A stretch of DNA of 61,170 nt, counting the filler, from Platydemus manokwari (lineage: Eukaryota), in assembly GCA_037951405.1 (NCBI GenBank). It is 5 parts of 5 records of this genome, joined end to end, with 100 filler letters (N's around TTAATTAATTAA, not from the genome) between each part and the next. Parts side by side here need not be neighbours in the genome. Positions count along the whole stretch, not along the records: positions 1 to 11,229 come from JBBMOY010828869.1; positions 11,330 to 21,069 come from JBBMOY011211545.1; 3 more parts are not named here. The stretch is one strand, 5' to 3'. This document shows, piece by piece, positions 1 through 13,239 of the stretch; the stretch's first letter is position 1; every line of letters begins with the position of its first letter. Below the pieces are notes generated by a model. It saw nothing but the letters and a program-made list of their open reading frames with translations, did not search any database and had not been told where the DNA came from. The position numbers and the translations under genes are program-made.

Positions 1-318
1 TTGCTATGTAATTTTTTCAAGTTATTTAATTTAATATAAATAGATTGATATTTGAAAATTATTCAAAGAAATAATAAGTTCTATTTTTAATATTTTTAAC
101 TCTTATTACAGCTTAACTTTGAAAGTAATTATTTTTAAAATAATGTGGTTTATAATAATTTTTTATAATATTTGCTAAAATTCTATTATTTTGTACATTG
201 TTTTAAACTTCTAATTTTGTTTAATGATATAAAATCACACTTATATAATATAAATAAATAGGTTACATTTTATAAAATTTGAAAAAGCTATTATATTTGC
301 ATCATTTTAAGATTTCCT

Positions 319-979
319 ATGCCGACAATTAAACTTATCTCAAACGATAAAGAAACTTTTGAAGTTGATGTTGAGATTGCTAAACAATCCATGACTATCA
401 AGAATATGCTAGATGATTTAGGAATGGGAGAAGATTCTGATGAAGAGCCCGTTCCTTTACCAAATGTTAATGCAGCAATCTTGAGAAAAGTTTTACAATG
501 GTGTAATTATCATAAAGATGATCAAGAACCACCAGAAGATGACGAAAATAAAGAAAGACGCACGGACGATATACCAAGCTGGGATTTGGAATTTTTACGA
601 GTTGACCAAGGGACATTATTTGAGTTGATTATGGCTGCTAATTATCTAGATATCAAAGGATTATTGGATGTTTGTTGCAAACAAGTAGCTAATATGATAA
701 AAGGAAAAACTCCAGAAGAGATTCGTAAAACATTTAACATAAAATCTGATTTTACACCACAGGAAGAAGAACAGGTTTTTAATTTTTTTAAAATTTAATG
801 CTAACCGTGCATGACATTTATTTTTAAAATTATCTAAATTAATTAATTTGCTATGATTCATTGAATATTTTGTAATATTAAATTTTATTTCAATGGATTT
901 TTATGAATTGCAAAACGTATTATTAATATATATTTTTATAAAGGTACGCAAAGAAAATGAATGGTGCGAAGAAAAATAA
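319..979 (+). CDS. SKP1: S-phase kinase-associated protein 1 (SCF adaptor), 163 aa; exons 319-774 and 944-979
   Basis: Translation carries hallmark SKP1 motifs ([55 protein letters not shown]). Phase-0 intron 775-943 (GT...AAG) joins to [11 protein letters not shown], the canonical C-terminus. Confidence 0.98.
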
Positions 980-3249
980 TCATTGGAGAAATTTGATCAT
1001 GTTATTTAGTTTGTTTGAGAAACCATTAATTGTATTAACCTTGAATGAAATAAAAAATAAAAACCAAGCGTCATTATTATCATTGATATTATGCTATCAG
1101 TCGCTATGACAGTTTGCTTGTGTAGTGATTCCTTTATGTGTTTCTTATAAATAAATTTATTTGCCATTGTATATTTGTATATTGTTTTTGTTACATGATG
1201 ATTGGAATAGCATTGTACATGAATTATCACTGGAGAAATGCTCAAATTATGGATTTGAGTCTGTTATATTGCAACAAATACTACGAATTTGGAATGCTGA
1301 TTTGTATGTCGAAAAGCGTTGTAAATCAACAAAATTGGAATCTTAAAATTCATTTACATTTAAATCAATTTAAGGACAGAAGAATTTTGAATAGTTGAAT
1401 AGTCGTTTATTGAATGAGATCGAACGAAATTACACCTCATGTATAAAAGACATTGTCACAAAATTTTTCGAGACTAGAAAGCCATTTTATTTTTATCTTT
1501 CAAACACCCCAATAATGTCATTTGAACATTTTAATTTTAAAATAATTTTGTTTTTTATTCATTGAATTTTATTGGTTAAAACGAATGACTGTTTTATTGG
1601 AGTTTATTACACCGAATATTTTTTTAAAAATATTCGCCGATTAAAAGCAGAGTTGTTAAATATGAAGATATGATTATGATATGAAGAAGTACAAAGACAA
1701 TAATTGGTATTTCGAATTATTGATGTCTATGATTGCACCATGCGTTTTTGAATTTAATTTACATATTTTATGTAAAATGTCTGATAGAAAGATAAAGGTT
1801 GAATGGCTAATTAATTATTTATTAAAAATTCCATTGTTCTGATAATTAGTTCATTTAAATAGCTTAAATATAATAGTCTAGCATTTAAAATTTGAATTTA
1901 TTGAAAATAATTGATTATATTATAAATCATTAGTAATATTTTTATAACTTAATCTACATTCACAAGCAGTAAAATGCAGGTTAGGTGTTGGTATTATTTT
2001 AGATAAAAAATAGTTTGATCTAACATATTTTCTTATTCACCATGTAGCTATGATGCAGTTAGAGTCAGCCATTCCTGATTATAAGTTAAACGACTTACGA
2101 TAATGAGCTGATTTATATGACTTTATTAATAATAATGATTTATTTATATAACTTTAATAATAAAATAAGACCTAGAAAAAATCTTTTAGTAAAAAACAGT
2201 ATATTGAACTATTGTCCAGGTGATAAATAATAATTGATTGTTAGATTTTCTTCGCAAAATATGATGGGGTTCTTTACTGTAAAAGAAAAGCTTTCAAGTA
2301 TTTTCAAAACAGCGTTAAAATTATTTAATTGCAGATAATTGACATGATTAATTGCAACATGTCATTAATGATTAATTGCGACGACTTGTAACTCTAAATG
2401 AATATTAGTCTGGCATACTGACTCAAGCTGTAATTATAAAAGATTATAATGAGAAAATTTTCACTTTACTTTATCTATTTATAATTGGATTTTTAAGAGT
2501 TCATATTGAATTTTTCCCTTTATTAGTTCTCAGACAATCAAATGTTGTTTTGAAAAATTTTATTAAAAATTGAAAGTTTTGTACAGGATTTTTGGAGATA
2601 CTCAATGCAAGACTGAGGTAGTCAGAGGCATTTTTCTTATTTTTCTCACTCTTACAGCCACGGAATCCTTACATCAAAGTCATACAAATAAAATTGGAAA
2701 AGTACCAAGTGATATTAAGAATATGGAAGAAACTTATTTAGTTAGAAATGAAAACATTGATCCAAAAATAGTTTATGGTAGAAATAAGGAACCTTTATCA
2801 AAAACCATACTAAATTTATTTTAAAAATAGTCAGATCAGTCACCGAGTGAACGAATTAACAATATTGCAATTAATGAAAATAAAGAATTCGTAATTATTT
2901 TGAGTGAATTTTGTCTATATAAAACTGGCCAATCTCAAAAGTCAGAATGAGATATGGTGAGTTGACTAAATATAAAAATAACTATTTCCCGATTCATTCC
3001 ATCGAATATTGATGTGATTTTGAAGAGAAGGTGACCAAGATTCGACGCTACATTAATTAAGTTTTTCAATTTTCAAGTATTGAAAGTGGATCCCTTTTTG
3101 TAATTACATAACAACTCACATTAATAGTTAGTTTCAGTTATAATACTTAGTACCCTTTTCTGAAGTTTTTGAAAAAGTACAAAATTTATTAGAATAATTA
3201 AAAAGTCACCAATGTTTTATAATAAGGGTGACAAAAAATTTGAAAAATG

Positions 3250-4540
3250 AAAGTGATAAATGGGAAGCGGAATAGTATAGCACAAGTCAACCAGATGATA
3301 TTTTTAGATTAATCGAAAAAAATCCTCAAGAGAAGCGCAAGGATAGATCAAAAATATAAATATGGCTCAAATACGGGAGAAATCGATTAAAAAGATGGTG
3401 CAGAAAATATTCTTCAATTTTCAGGAATAAAAATGTTTGGAATAAAAAAATCAATAATAGTTGGTGATAGAGATCTAGAAGAGTAAGAAAAATACTATAA
3501 TAATAGAAGCCCACTGTATACTGATTATATTGGATGAAGAAGCCAAATTATAAGGAATGGGTTTTGAGGATGAGATGGCCCAAAAAGAAGGTTAGCAAAA
3601 ACAATGGATAAGGCAGAGGGTCGAATCTCGAATTGGAGCAAAGAAGTAGAGATTCAACTCTAAGCAGTAACGGTAGATATAGCCAATAGAGATAGGGAAA
3701 TAGAAATAAATTTAGAATAAGGAACTACAGCGAAAAGTGACCAAATTATAAAGCTAGCTGGAGAAATGAAAGGAATGATAAATGTTTTCCTACAGATTTG
3801 ATGAATAGAGACAAGGGGATAACTTGTTTTATTGCCAAGAGTTTGGACACAGAGAACGGTCATTCAAAGTGTTGGCTAAGAAAGAGTAGAAGAAGAGAGA
3901 TTAGGAAAAAGACAGTCAAAAGAGAAAAGATTGGAACTCATGAAGAATGAAGAGGGGATTGGCGTTGGGATTGTGGAGTATGTGACCTATTGTTCTAAAA
4001 TGATTATTGAAACCAACGGAATATCCTTGAAAATTTTACTACACACAGGCAAAAGCAACACACGTTCCAGTAGTGATTCTTAAGGCTTTGAATTATCAAT
4101 CTCTTTTTGGATTTCAATCGCCAACGGATGTACCTCAACACTGAGTATGAACATCTAAATACGTCAATGGGATAGGAGATAGAAGTGAACTCGTCATTAG
4201 GAAATTGGAGCGATTTGGATAAATAAAAATAAAGCTTCAAAACAACATTTCGATACATGAGATAAGTTATAAGAGGCGTCAAATCTCAATGGTTATTGTC
4301 AGTCTTTTCTGGTCTGTGATTTCTATAGTTATTCTTATCTTTCGGATATTGATAATAAGAAAAGCTGTAGAAGATTTGACTTTAGTACGGTGGAAAAAAT
4401 CAGCAAAAAATTGATTGAATTCCACAGATGAATTAATCCATTTTATGCGCTTTATAATTAAAAATACTAGAGCCCAAGTACTACTGACAAAAGCTGCTTC
4501 TAAACGGTTAATTTGAATGTTGAGATCCCCACCCAATGCT
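3250..4540 (-). mobile_element. Probable highly degraded 5' part of a non-LTR retrotransposon (CR1/L2-like ORF1 end plus APE endonuclease)
   Basis: Mixed-frame minus-strand translations give an ORF1-like tail (YSVLRYIRWRLK...HYWNVC..VVKFS) followed by endonuclease-like pieces (SFIIWSLF..PYSKFISISL, SIGYIYR, TLLDL). Many stops; boundaries approximate. Confidence 0.35.
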
Positions 4541-4937
4541 TACCAACAATAATATATACAATTATATTTACTACCAAATGTACATAAAAAATATACATAA
4601 GTAGCACGTATAGAATAATACAAAATAAAGCCTTTTGTAAAAGCGGAATGCCTTTGACTATGGACGCATCAATTTAGCCAAATCCGAACCCGATTTAGCC
4701 GAAACCAAATCCTCAATCCAATCTAGCTTGAGTCGAGTTGCAATGATGATTTGACAATTGATAACTGTTGATATTCACAATTATATTACTCTTGTGTAAA
4801 AAACCTTTATTGTTATATTGGCATTTGTAAATGAATAATTTTTATAAAACTTTTGTGTATCATTGGTGAAACATCTTTATAAACTTTTAAGTATCATGAT
4901 GTTTACTTTCATAAACAGTGATTAATTTATATAATCT

Positions 4938-5730
4938 AACGGAGCGGAGGAAAAAAGTGGGGGAGAGAGATTGGCAAATTATAAATAACAATAAAATAAA
5001 AATAATTAGAATAAATAACGAATATAATATTTACAAAGAAATAAAGAGTAAAATTTATACCTAATAAGTCACAACGAATAAATAATAATAATTATTATAA
5101 ATAATAAATTATAAACAATAATAATAATAATAATAATATATTAATAAAAGTACATTACACTAGTAAGTAAACATTAAGGAATGTAATTGTAATCAGATAA
5201 ATATCATGGAGTGTCGACAAAATGTAAATTAATTGTTGACGGTAACAATGTTACCAAAAATAGAAGGCGGAGGCCGGAACAGCAAGGTATAAATACCAAG
5301 CTGAAAACAGAGCCTGCTAAAACAACATCACACCACATTTAAAAAGCGAAATTCTAAATTGATTTGCAAGCGGATTATTATATCGATCGATAATTTTTGA
5401 TCAAGAAGGTATTTTGGAGAACGTGCTGTGAAATTTACTCACTCAAATAAACAATCAGGAGCATTATTTATTCATAGGAAGTAATCACGAAGAGGACATT
5501 TTTTATTCAATACTTGAGTAAGAAATATTTTATTTTTGTGTCATCACATTCGGCATCATTTTAGTAAATTTTTGCTTTAAAGTCATCATTAACAATAACT
5601 CATTCACATTTAATATCTATTATTAATAATTTATTATTAGTGACAGTTCATAAATTATATGAATAAGATTTAATTTTAAATTTGCTAAGCACTCTCTTCT
5701 CTATTCTACAGACATTTTCTCCGTCCGCTT
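4938..5730. repeat. Degenerate inverted-repeat pair (old MITE/foldback-like element?)
   Basis: gcggaggaaaaaagtg..gagagagattggcaaatt near 4945 resembles the reverse complement of aatttgctaagcactctcttc..cattttctccgtccgc near 5680-5728. There is a second weak match around the gtcac/gtgac motifs. Confidence 0.3.
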
Positions 5731-6493
5731 TGGACTCTGCCGGCTATTTGCATCATTTTTGTGTTCAAAACTTTTCAACTGTGTTACGTTTAATTTCTTA
5801 AAAATATATTTATTAAAAACTAAATGTGCTTATTTTGAGTTCGAGTCAATAACATCAAACAGTAGTCAGTTAACTCATATAAATTAACTTGCGTAATAAT
5901 TTAACGGCATTATTTCATATCAGTCAATCAGGTTGAGGAGATTGATTGACAAGTTTAATATTACAGAAATCGTGATCAGTTTTGGGTATCGTCAAGAAGG
6001 AGTGAGTCATCAATCGATTTGAACCTTTAGATAATCATAATCTTTAATCTACCAATAGCGGGGTCTTCATACCCGTTAATGAAACCCCTTAAGAGCCAGT
6101 AAGAGTAAATTAAAATACAGAACCAAACCATTTATTTAATATGTATATAAATCTGATAGTTGATTACTTAAGATTTTCGTGATGAAAAAGTTGTTTAAGT
6201 GATCTTTTGACCATCTTATTAGGTTCAGCTTAACTTTTGTTGTATGAAATAATGAAGCATCATTCTATTAAAACTTTTTTTCAGTTAGATATTTATCTTT
6301 TAACAATTTACACTATTATTATTCGTTACTTATTATTTATGATTTTTTTCTTTCTATCTACCTATCTATTTATCTGAGTTTTTACACATTATAGTACCAA
6401 ATTACAAGACATCATAGTCAACTATAATAACTATATAAACATCCTATTCTAATTTATCAACACCAGCGTTAAATTTACATAATATTCATCATA

Positions 6494-7377
6494 TAGGATT
6501 GGAATGAAAGTCTTGTCCGATGAAAAATAATATTTATTTAACTAATAAAGACAATATGTAAATTGGAAATATAAACAAAACATTAATCGTCTGTAAATCA
6601 AAAAAATTTCGATGTTTTGTGCAGGAATGTTTAGTTTAAATGTATTATTAAATCCTTATTTAAATGTTTAATTTCTATCTTATAATTAAGTAATCGTTTC
6701 AGATAGCTATGATTTGGAAAAAATATAATTTTGTGGAATATGATGGAGTTTAAGCGAAGCGATTTAAAAAAGCTGACGTATTTTTGTGTGGAAAGATGGA
6801 ATGAATATATGAACAATTGAGAGGAAAATTAACTTAATACTTGGCACGGATACTGTATTTGCAAGAAAATGCCAGCGAATAATTGCGAAATTCATTGTTG
6901 TTAATTTCTTTGTTGATGATGAAGAGAGAAATGGGCGACCATTGGTTGAAGATGATGTAGAAATCAAAGAGTTTCTGACATAAGACAAATATGCTAGATC
7001 TCTTTATATGGCAAAAGAGATGTCCTTGTCTACATTTGTTGAACAGCACTTGATGAACAGATGGCTACTACATTTTTGTCAGATGAAAATAAAGTCAACA
7101 GTGAGAGAATATAAAGAATTCCCTTTATGGGAAAACGTATCGCTCCGCTGAAGAGATTAACGATGATTTGGAAGTGTGTCTCTTAAAAACCTGCAGAATT
7201 CTACGAAAATGACACAAAACAACTTCCAGAAACCTTGCAAAAGTGTTTAGATCTTAAAGGTGGCTATTTACAACATTTCAAATTTACAGAGGAATAATGT
7301 TTCGTTTATTTACATATTTTCTTTATTGGTTAAATAAATATTATTTTCTATCGGGCAAGACTTTCGTTCCAATCCTA
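6494..7377 (+). mobile_element. Internally deleted mariner transposon with long (~100 bp) terminal inverted repeats
   Basis: TA-flanked TIRs: taggattggaatgaaagtcttgtccgatgaaaaataatatttattta versus the reverse complement of taaataaatattattttctatcgggcaagactttcgttccaatccta. Internal remnants RKCQRIIAKF..NFFVDDEERNGRP (HTH) and KPAEFYEND..LPETLQKCLDLKGGY (mariner C-terminus). The catalytic DDD core is absent. Confidence 0.92.
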
Positions 7378-7956
7378 TATATGGTCTTATCACAAATTTT
7401 ATCAATAAAAATGTGTTAATAAATAATAGAATAATTTTAATTATGATTTGGTAAATCAATTAATAATGATGTCATCTCGTATTGTTTAATAAATGTTGCT
7501 ATGTACAATAATTATAATTGGTTGTTAGTATATAAATGTTAAACGAAATTGTAATGTAAAATAAAACCTGATTAAAAATATCTTTTCATAATCAGGTCAA
7601 GATAAAGAATAATTTTTATTTTTATTGATAGAAATTTTACAAAATAATGATATAATTTCATTTAGATATAAAGGAAAAAGTTAAATTTTAAAATTAAATT
7701 GGCAAAAATAAGTTAGCTAAAATATTCATTTATTAAAATAAAACTTGAAATCAAATAATTCAAATAAAATACGATGCGAATATAAAATTTTAAAAATTAA
7801 TGGTTAGTGAAGGCGATTGTTTTACTGAATTAATTTAGAATATTAATATTTCTTTCATTTTTCGAAGCAAATCAAATTCATACACCATTTAACTGATTTT
7901 CTGGCGGCAATTTAGAATAAATATCTCAATTTTTCATTATAAAAATTGGATAGAGG

Positions 7957-10900
7957 ATGAAAAAATTATGCTTTTTATGTTTAATTATTCTCGGTGAGAT
8001 TTGACATCAAAATTAATCTATGTTATTAACTATTTTTTTTAGTATTTTCTATCGCTCTTAGATCTGCTGATGAAAATCCAAACGCGGAAAATGGTGAAGT
8101 AAATATAGAAAAATCCAAAAAGGTTCTATCTGAAAACGCAGATATAAATCTTAATGACAAATCACAGGATAGTGATCTCAATACCGAACCAAATATTGAC
8201 GAAAGCATCACCAAATCAAAAGAACCTTCGAAAACCGACGACGAAGTTGTTCAGAGGTGCATCTTCAATGTAAATGAATTGAATTGATTTTTAATTTAGA
8301 GAGGAAGAAACAATAAGCATCGATGGTTTGAATGTCAGCCAAATAAAAGAATTGCGAAAGAAAGCTGAAAAGTACAAATTCCAAGCCGAAGTAGACCGAA
8401 TGATGAAATTGATCATTAATTCATTGTATAAAAATAAAGAAGTATTGATATATTTGATAAGATTATAAAGTATTCAATAATAATAATATATTATGCGTAG
8501 GAAGCAAAAATAGAATTTTATATAATAAGTCGAAATGGCTGGAAATTGTGGACCAAATTTTGAAAAAGATAAAATTTTCAAGACAATAATGTTTCTTTCA
8601 GTATAAATGTTATTATAGTAATATTATTAAACAAATCTGATTTAATTATTTTGTAATAATAATTATTATTATAAATTATAATTTGGAAATTTATTTAGCA
8701 ATCAAACAAGTCACTAAATAAAAATAGTGGAATATAAAAATAAATTAAAATAAAAGTAAAATAAAGACTGGGAGAATAGTCTAAAGAGATTATTAAGAAT
8801 TTTGTTGTAAATTTAGCTTATTGTATAAGTGTTCTAGGAATATCACTAACAGAGTTTAATAATTATTTTGGTGAAAGATTGGTTTCAAGTAATAATTATA
8901 ACACTTATAATTTATAATTTAATTTAATAGTTTATTATTAAAAGATAATGATAATTGATAAATTTAAATTTCTAATTCATGAAACACAAGATACAAAAAC
9001 TGCACATACTTTGATTCCGAATCATAAACAATGGGATGGTCAAATTGTCTTTGCCTATAATGAAAATAATATTATTTTATAATTCCATTAAAATAAATTG
9101 ATTTAATGGAATTTCTAAAATATATATGATATAATTACGATATTCCGTCGAAATAGTGCATAATTTATTTTAGATTTTATTAAATATTTGTTTAAGACTT
9201 TAATTATTTTGTTTGATATAAGCTATTTGGATTTACATCTTATAAACACATTAGATATATCAAAAAATATTGATAAATAAATAGCCATATTTTATTTTGA
9301 ACATAGTTATACTGATTATCTCCTTTCTTGGTTGGAAAAACAAAGATTGATTATTTTATAATTAATATAAATTATTGTTTATTTTAATTAATTAATTTAA
9401 TTTATTTATTTTCAGATATTTCTTCGGGAACTCATTTCCAATGCTTCTGATTCATTGGATAAAATGCGGTTTATTGCTTTGACAAATCCAGACATGGATC
9501 AGGACTTGGATGGCTTGTTTATAAAAATAAAAGTATTTCATTATGATACAAATTATTATTTAATTCGATAAAATAGAAATAGATTATTGCATATAAATAA
9601 ATCATATCTCATAATATATAAACAGGAAACTCCGAATAGTGCCACCGAAAATGTGTACAGTATTTAAATTTTATTATTGCAGATAACAACACCATTCTTT
9701 TAATAAATTTATTCATTTTTTAATTAAAATACATCCTTTTCAACTACTAAATCAGTTAATTTTCTTAATAAATATTTTGCATTAAATAATGTTCCACACA
9801 CATCACATTTTGCTTTATGTCACTCACCAATCCTAAGGGAGAATACTGCCTCTTAAATATAATTTTTATATTTTCGGATGATACAGTATTGAATGAATTT
9901 CTTACCCAATAATTGATTTTTAAAATACAAGAAAGCCTAAGATTTCCTCTTCTGGTGAATTCGATTTCAGAAGAAAAATTACAATAATTAATCCGTAAAT
10001 ATACAAAATCTTTAAACTAGTTAGCGACACTAAATATGCTTTGGGAGTATTGATAATAATTGGAGTTATATTTTATTTATACAATAATTAAAAACTGAAT
10101 ACAAGCAATAAAACATCTTGATTCTCATATAAACCTCTCATATTTACTTTGTCAATATCAATGTATCTTGTAAATTGTAATAGAATTTGTTTTAAAAATA
10201 CATAATGCAATTTTTTTTCAATCCACCTAACATATTTTAACCACAGTTGTGCGAGTGATAAAATTTTTCAAAATGCAAAATCTCATCATTTTATAATGAT
10301 ATTAATAGTGTTCATTTTCTAACAAAATATACGTCTAATCCTTTTTATGATTTATATTGGAATAAAAGCTATTAATTCTTCTAACAATTTATGTTTGAAA
10401 ATAAAATGTTATTTCCAAATTATCTATAAATTTATCCTGTAAATAATAATTCTTAATAATTTGATTAGGCAGATAAAGTTGCCAAAACAATCCATATTCT
10501 TGATACTGGAATTGGAATGACGAAAAACGAACTTATTAATAATCTTGGCACAATAGCAAAATCTGGAACATCAGATTTCATAACAAAATTATCCGAGACG
10601 AAAAATTCTGCCGAATTAAATGATTTAATTGGTCAGTTTGGAGTTGGTTTTTACTCCTCCTTTTTAGTTGCTGACAAAGTTATCGTTATATCTAAATCTG
10701 ATGCTGATCATCAATACATTTGGGAATCCGATGCTTCATCTTTCTCAATAAGCAAAGATCCAAGAGGCAATACATTAGAAAGAGGAACAGAAGTTATTCT
10801 CCAATTAAAAGAAGAAGTCCATGAATATTTGGAAACTGATATTTTAAGTAGTTTAATTCACAAGTACAGCCAATTCATCAACTTCCCTATATATCTTTGG

Positions 10901-10969
10901 AAAAGCTCAGTGAAAAGTGTAGAAGAAACAGATCAAGCGGCTGTTACTAAAACCGATGATGATGCAAAT
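7957..10969 (+). CDS. HSP90B1: Endoplasmin / GRP94, 5' portion; exons 7957-7993, 8043-8256, 8300-8441, 9416-9532, 10469-10969; remainder not in window
   Basis: Signal peptide [21 protein letters not shown] followed by the GRP94-specific [28 protein letters not shown], then [52 protein letters not shown] and [16 protein letters not shown]. All introns are GT-AG with consistent phases. Confidence 0.97.
9636..9889. mobile_element. Possible degenerate Tc1/mariner-type MITE in HSP90B1 intron 4
   Basis: aatagtgccaccgaaaatgtgtaca imperfectly matches the reverse complement of tatattttcggatgatacagtatt. Confidence 0.3.
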
Positions 10970-11229
10970 GTGAGTAAATTAATTATTAAATAATTGATCT
11001 GATCACAAATTGCTACTGGACTCACAGAATATATTAATTATTGAATTAAAGATTTTCCATTTTAGCTAAAATGGGATCTTTATCAAAAAACATTTGAAAA
11101 CTAAAAAACTAAATCGGGCAAATGATTTTACTTACACTGTAGATGTTATACACAGACACACAGACACACATATATATATACTTTGGTATACCATAGCTTA
11201 AAATTGCATCTCATGAATGATATGAAAAA

Positions 11230-11329
11230 NNNNNNNNNNNNNNNNNNNNNNNNNNNNNNNNNNNNNNNNNNNNTTAATTAATTAANNNNNNNNNNNNNNN
11301 NNNNNNNNNNNNNNNNNNNNNNNNNNNNN
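11230..11329. other. Assembly gap spacer (44 N + TTAATTAATTAA + 44 N)
   Basis: Fixed 100-nt pattern whose 12-mer places stop codons in all six frames; recurs identically four times. Confidence 0.98.
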
Positions 11330-12987
11330 TTCAGCGTTATAACAATTTGTGTTAATAAAATACCTGCATAAAAACATGAATAACTTTTGACTCAACCTGG
11401 TAGCTCCTATATATTATTGCCAAAAATATTTTACATTGGTTCAATCTCCAAAATATAAATTATCATCAAAAATTGTGCAAATATTTCTGCAAGTCAATAC
11501 AAATGATAACAATAAATACTTTTAAACATTTATGATTTATAAGATTTATAAATCCTTATCATATTAGAATAGGTTCTATTAGGTTGGTTGTGAGGATCTT
11601 AATATTGAGAGTTGATCTCATCCAGGCTCATTATCGACAATCTTTTTATAATTTTTAATTCGACATTATTTAATTTTGTGGAGCAACTGTAAATTATTAA
11701 TATAAACTTATATGTTGCTAACATTAATTACATCGATAGCAAAAATAGAACATTATCGAATCAGCACTGAAAATCAAGCATAAGGGTTGAGATTCAGAAA
11801 ATGTGTAAAAATCATTGGATAAAATTATTGTCAAGGTTTGTTGAAAAATAAATGAAATTTAATGAATGGTTTGAGATTAAAAGTTTGCAGTGACGACTTC
11901 AATTAATCTGATAATCAAATAATATTATGATCTGAATCAGAAGATTTAAAATTTTTATAATTTATCTCATCCCGTTTCAGAAATAACGGCACGACAGTAA
12001 TTTTGCAAAATATAAAATTTTATATGAATGAACACAATGAATAGACAAGAAAATATATTTGTAATGGATAAAAATATTGACAGAAATAGATGGTACAGAA
12101 GCTTGTCCCTCAATAAGGTAATTATCAGTAGAGTCACCTACAGTGCCCGAACTTAACTTTTGTAGCTATGAGAAGACATAAAATTGATTTATTTATGAGA
12201 GAGAGTTAAAAGACTTCTACAATGCAGTCCAATTGCAGTCCCAATAATTGAAATTGAATGCAGTGTCACTGCACCTCTAACACTGCACTTATAATTAATA
12301 TCTATTTCACAACTCGAAAATTAATCAATCCTTATTATGTCAGTTCCAGCAACTTGGCCGACACAGCTGAAACCAAGAAATGCTGCATATATTATTCAAA
12401 GCTAATAATGCATAACGTATAAAAATTATTTGGCTTGGTGAAAAATAAAATTGTATCTCCAATAAATAAATAAATAATTTTGAGGGATAAAATGTTGATG
12501 TTCAAACATGTCTAAAAATATTTATAAATGAATTCATGAAAAGTTAATTAAAGTGAAAATTGTATCAATAGAGATGTGGCACGATAACGACATCATTATC
12601 TGACAACACATCACTTAACAAACAATTAAGCCGTTACAAAATTCAGATGATAAAATTTTTCAGAAAATCATTTTGTTTAAGAATTGCTTTTGTCAGCAGT
12701 CAACATACACCATTAACACACACACCTGGCATACAAACTTACAAGCATGATTTACAGAATAGATTTGTGTATCCACTGATTGTGAGACAACTCACGTACG
12801 AATTCAATTGATTTCTGTAAGTGTATTTCGAGTTTTAGAAATTTGAAACACGCCTTATCAAATACCAGCATGCATGCCATTCCGCATAGAAAAATATTTA
12901 TTTATCCTGTTAGCTACAATTTGATTGGCTGGTATTAGAGAAGAAAATTTATATTTAAAGTTCTATATTTTGTGTATGGATTTAAAA

Positions 12988-13239
12988 ATGGCGGATTTCC
13001 ATAAGGCTTTCGAGGCAATCGATGAGGATGGTAGTGGTGAAATTACAGTTGATGAATTACAACATTATATGACTAAAAATAATTACAAAGAGAGTTTCGT
13101 TAGTAAATGGTTGACTTTATTCGATGCCGGAAAAAGTGGCAAAATAACTTACAAACATTATTGTGATACTTTGGGCTTGACTCCGAAAGACAAAATCATC
13201 ACTGATAAACCACTACCGCCAATTGATAATGAAGAGTAA
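12988..13239 (+). CDS. Two-EF-hand calcium-binding domain of the flatworm tegumental allergen-like (TAL) type; standalone 83-87 aa or exon 1 of a fusion with eL6
   Basis: Canonical loop DEDGSGEITVDE and degenerate second loop DAGKSGKITYKH. The pattern F.AID.D....IT..EL..Y......W..LFD....G.IT...YC..LG matches TAL EF-hand domains as I recall them. Start ATG is 12988 (AAAATGG context) or 12976. Confidence 0.85.
   Translation: MADFHKAFEAIDEDGSGEITVDELQHYMTKNNYKESFVSKWLTLFDAGKSGKITYKHYCDTLGLTPKDKIITDKPLPPIDNEE

Noticed and set aside
775-798. SKP1 ORF tail VFNFFKI*
   Set aside because: Intron read-through; the true terminus is in exon 944-979.
1006-1398. Overlapping short ORFs downstream of SKP1
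   Set aside because: Lie in the probable 3' UTR; no motifs; expected by chance.
2570-2950. 84-aa ORF and its broken continuation
   Set aside because: Non-ATG start, stops follow, no recognisable family; perhaps repeat debris.
11274-11285. Palindromic TTAATTAATTAA recurring four times
   Set aside because: Always centred in a 100-nt N block; an artificial all-frame-stop linker, not biology.
12925-12975. TTG-initiated N-terminal extension of the EF-hand ORF
   Set aside because: Eukaryotic gene; downstream ATGs have better context and the region overlaps a CCAAT-like element.
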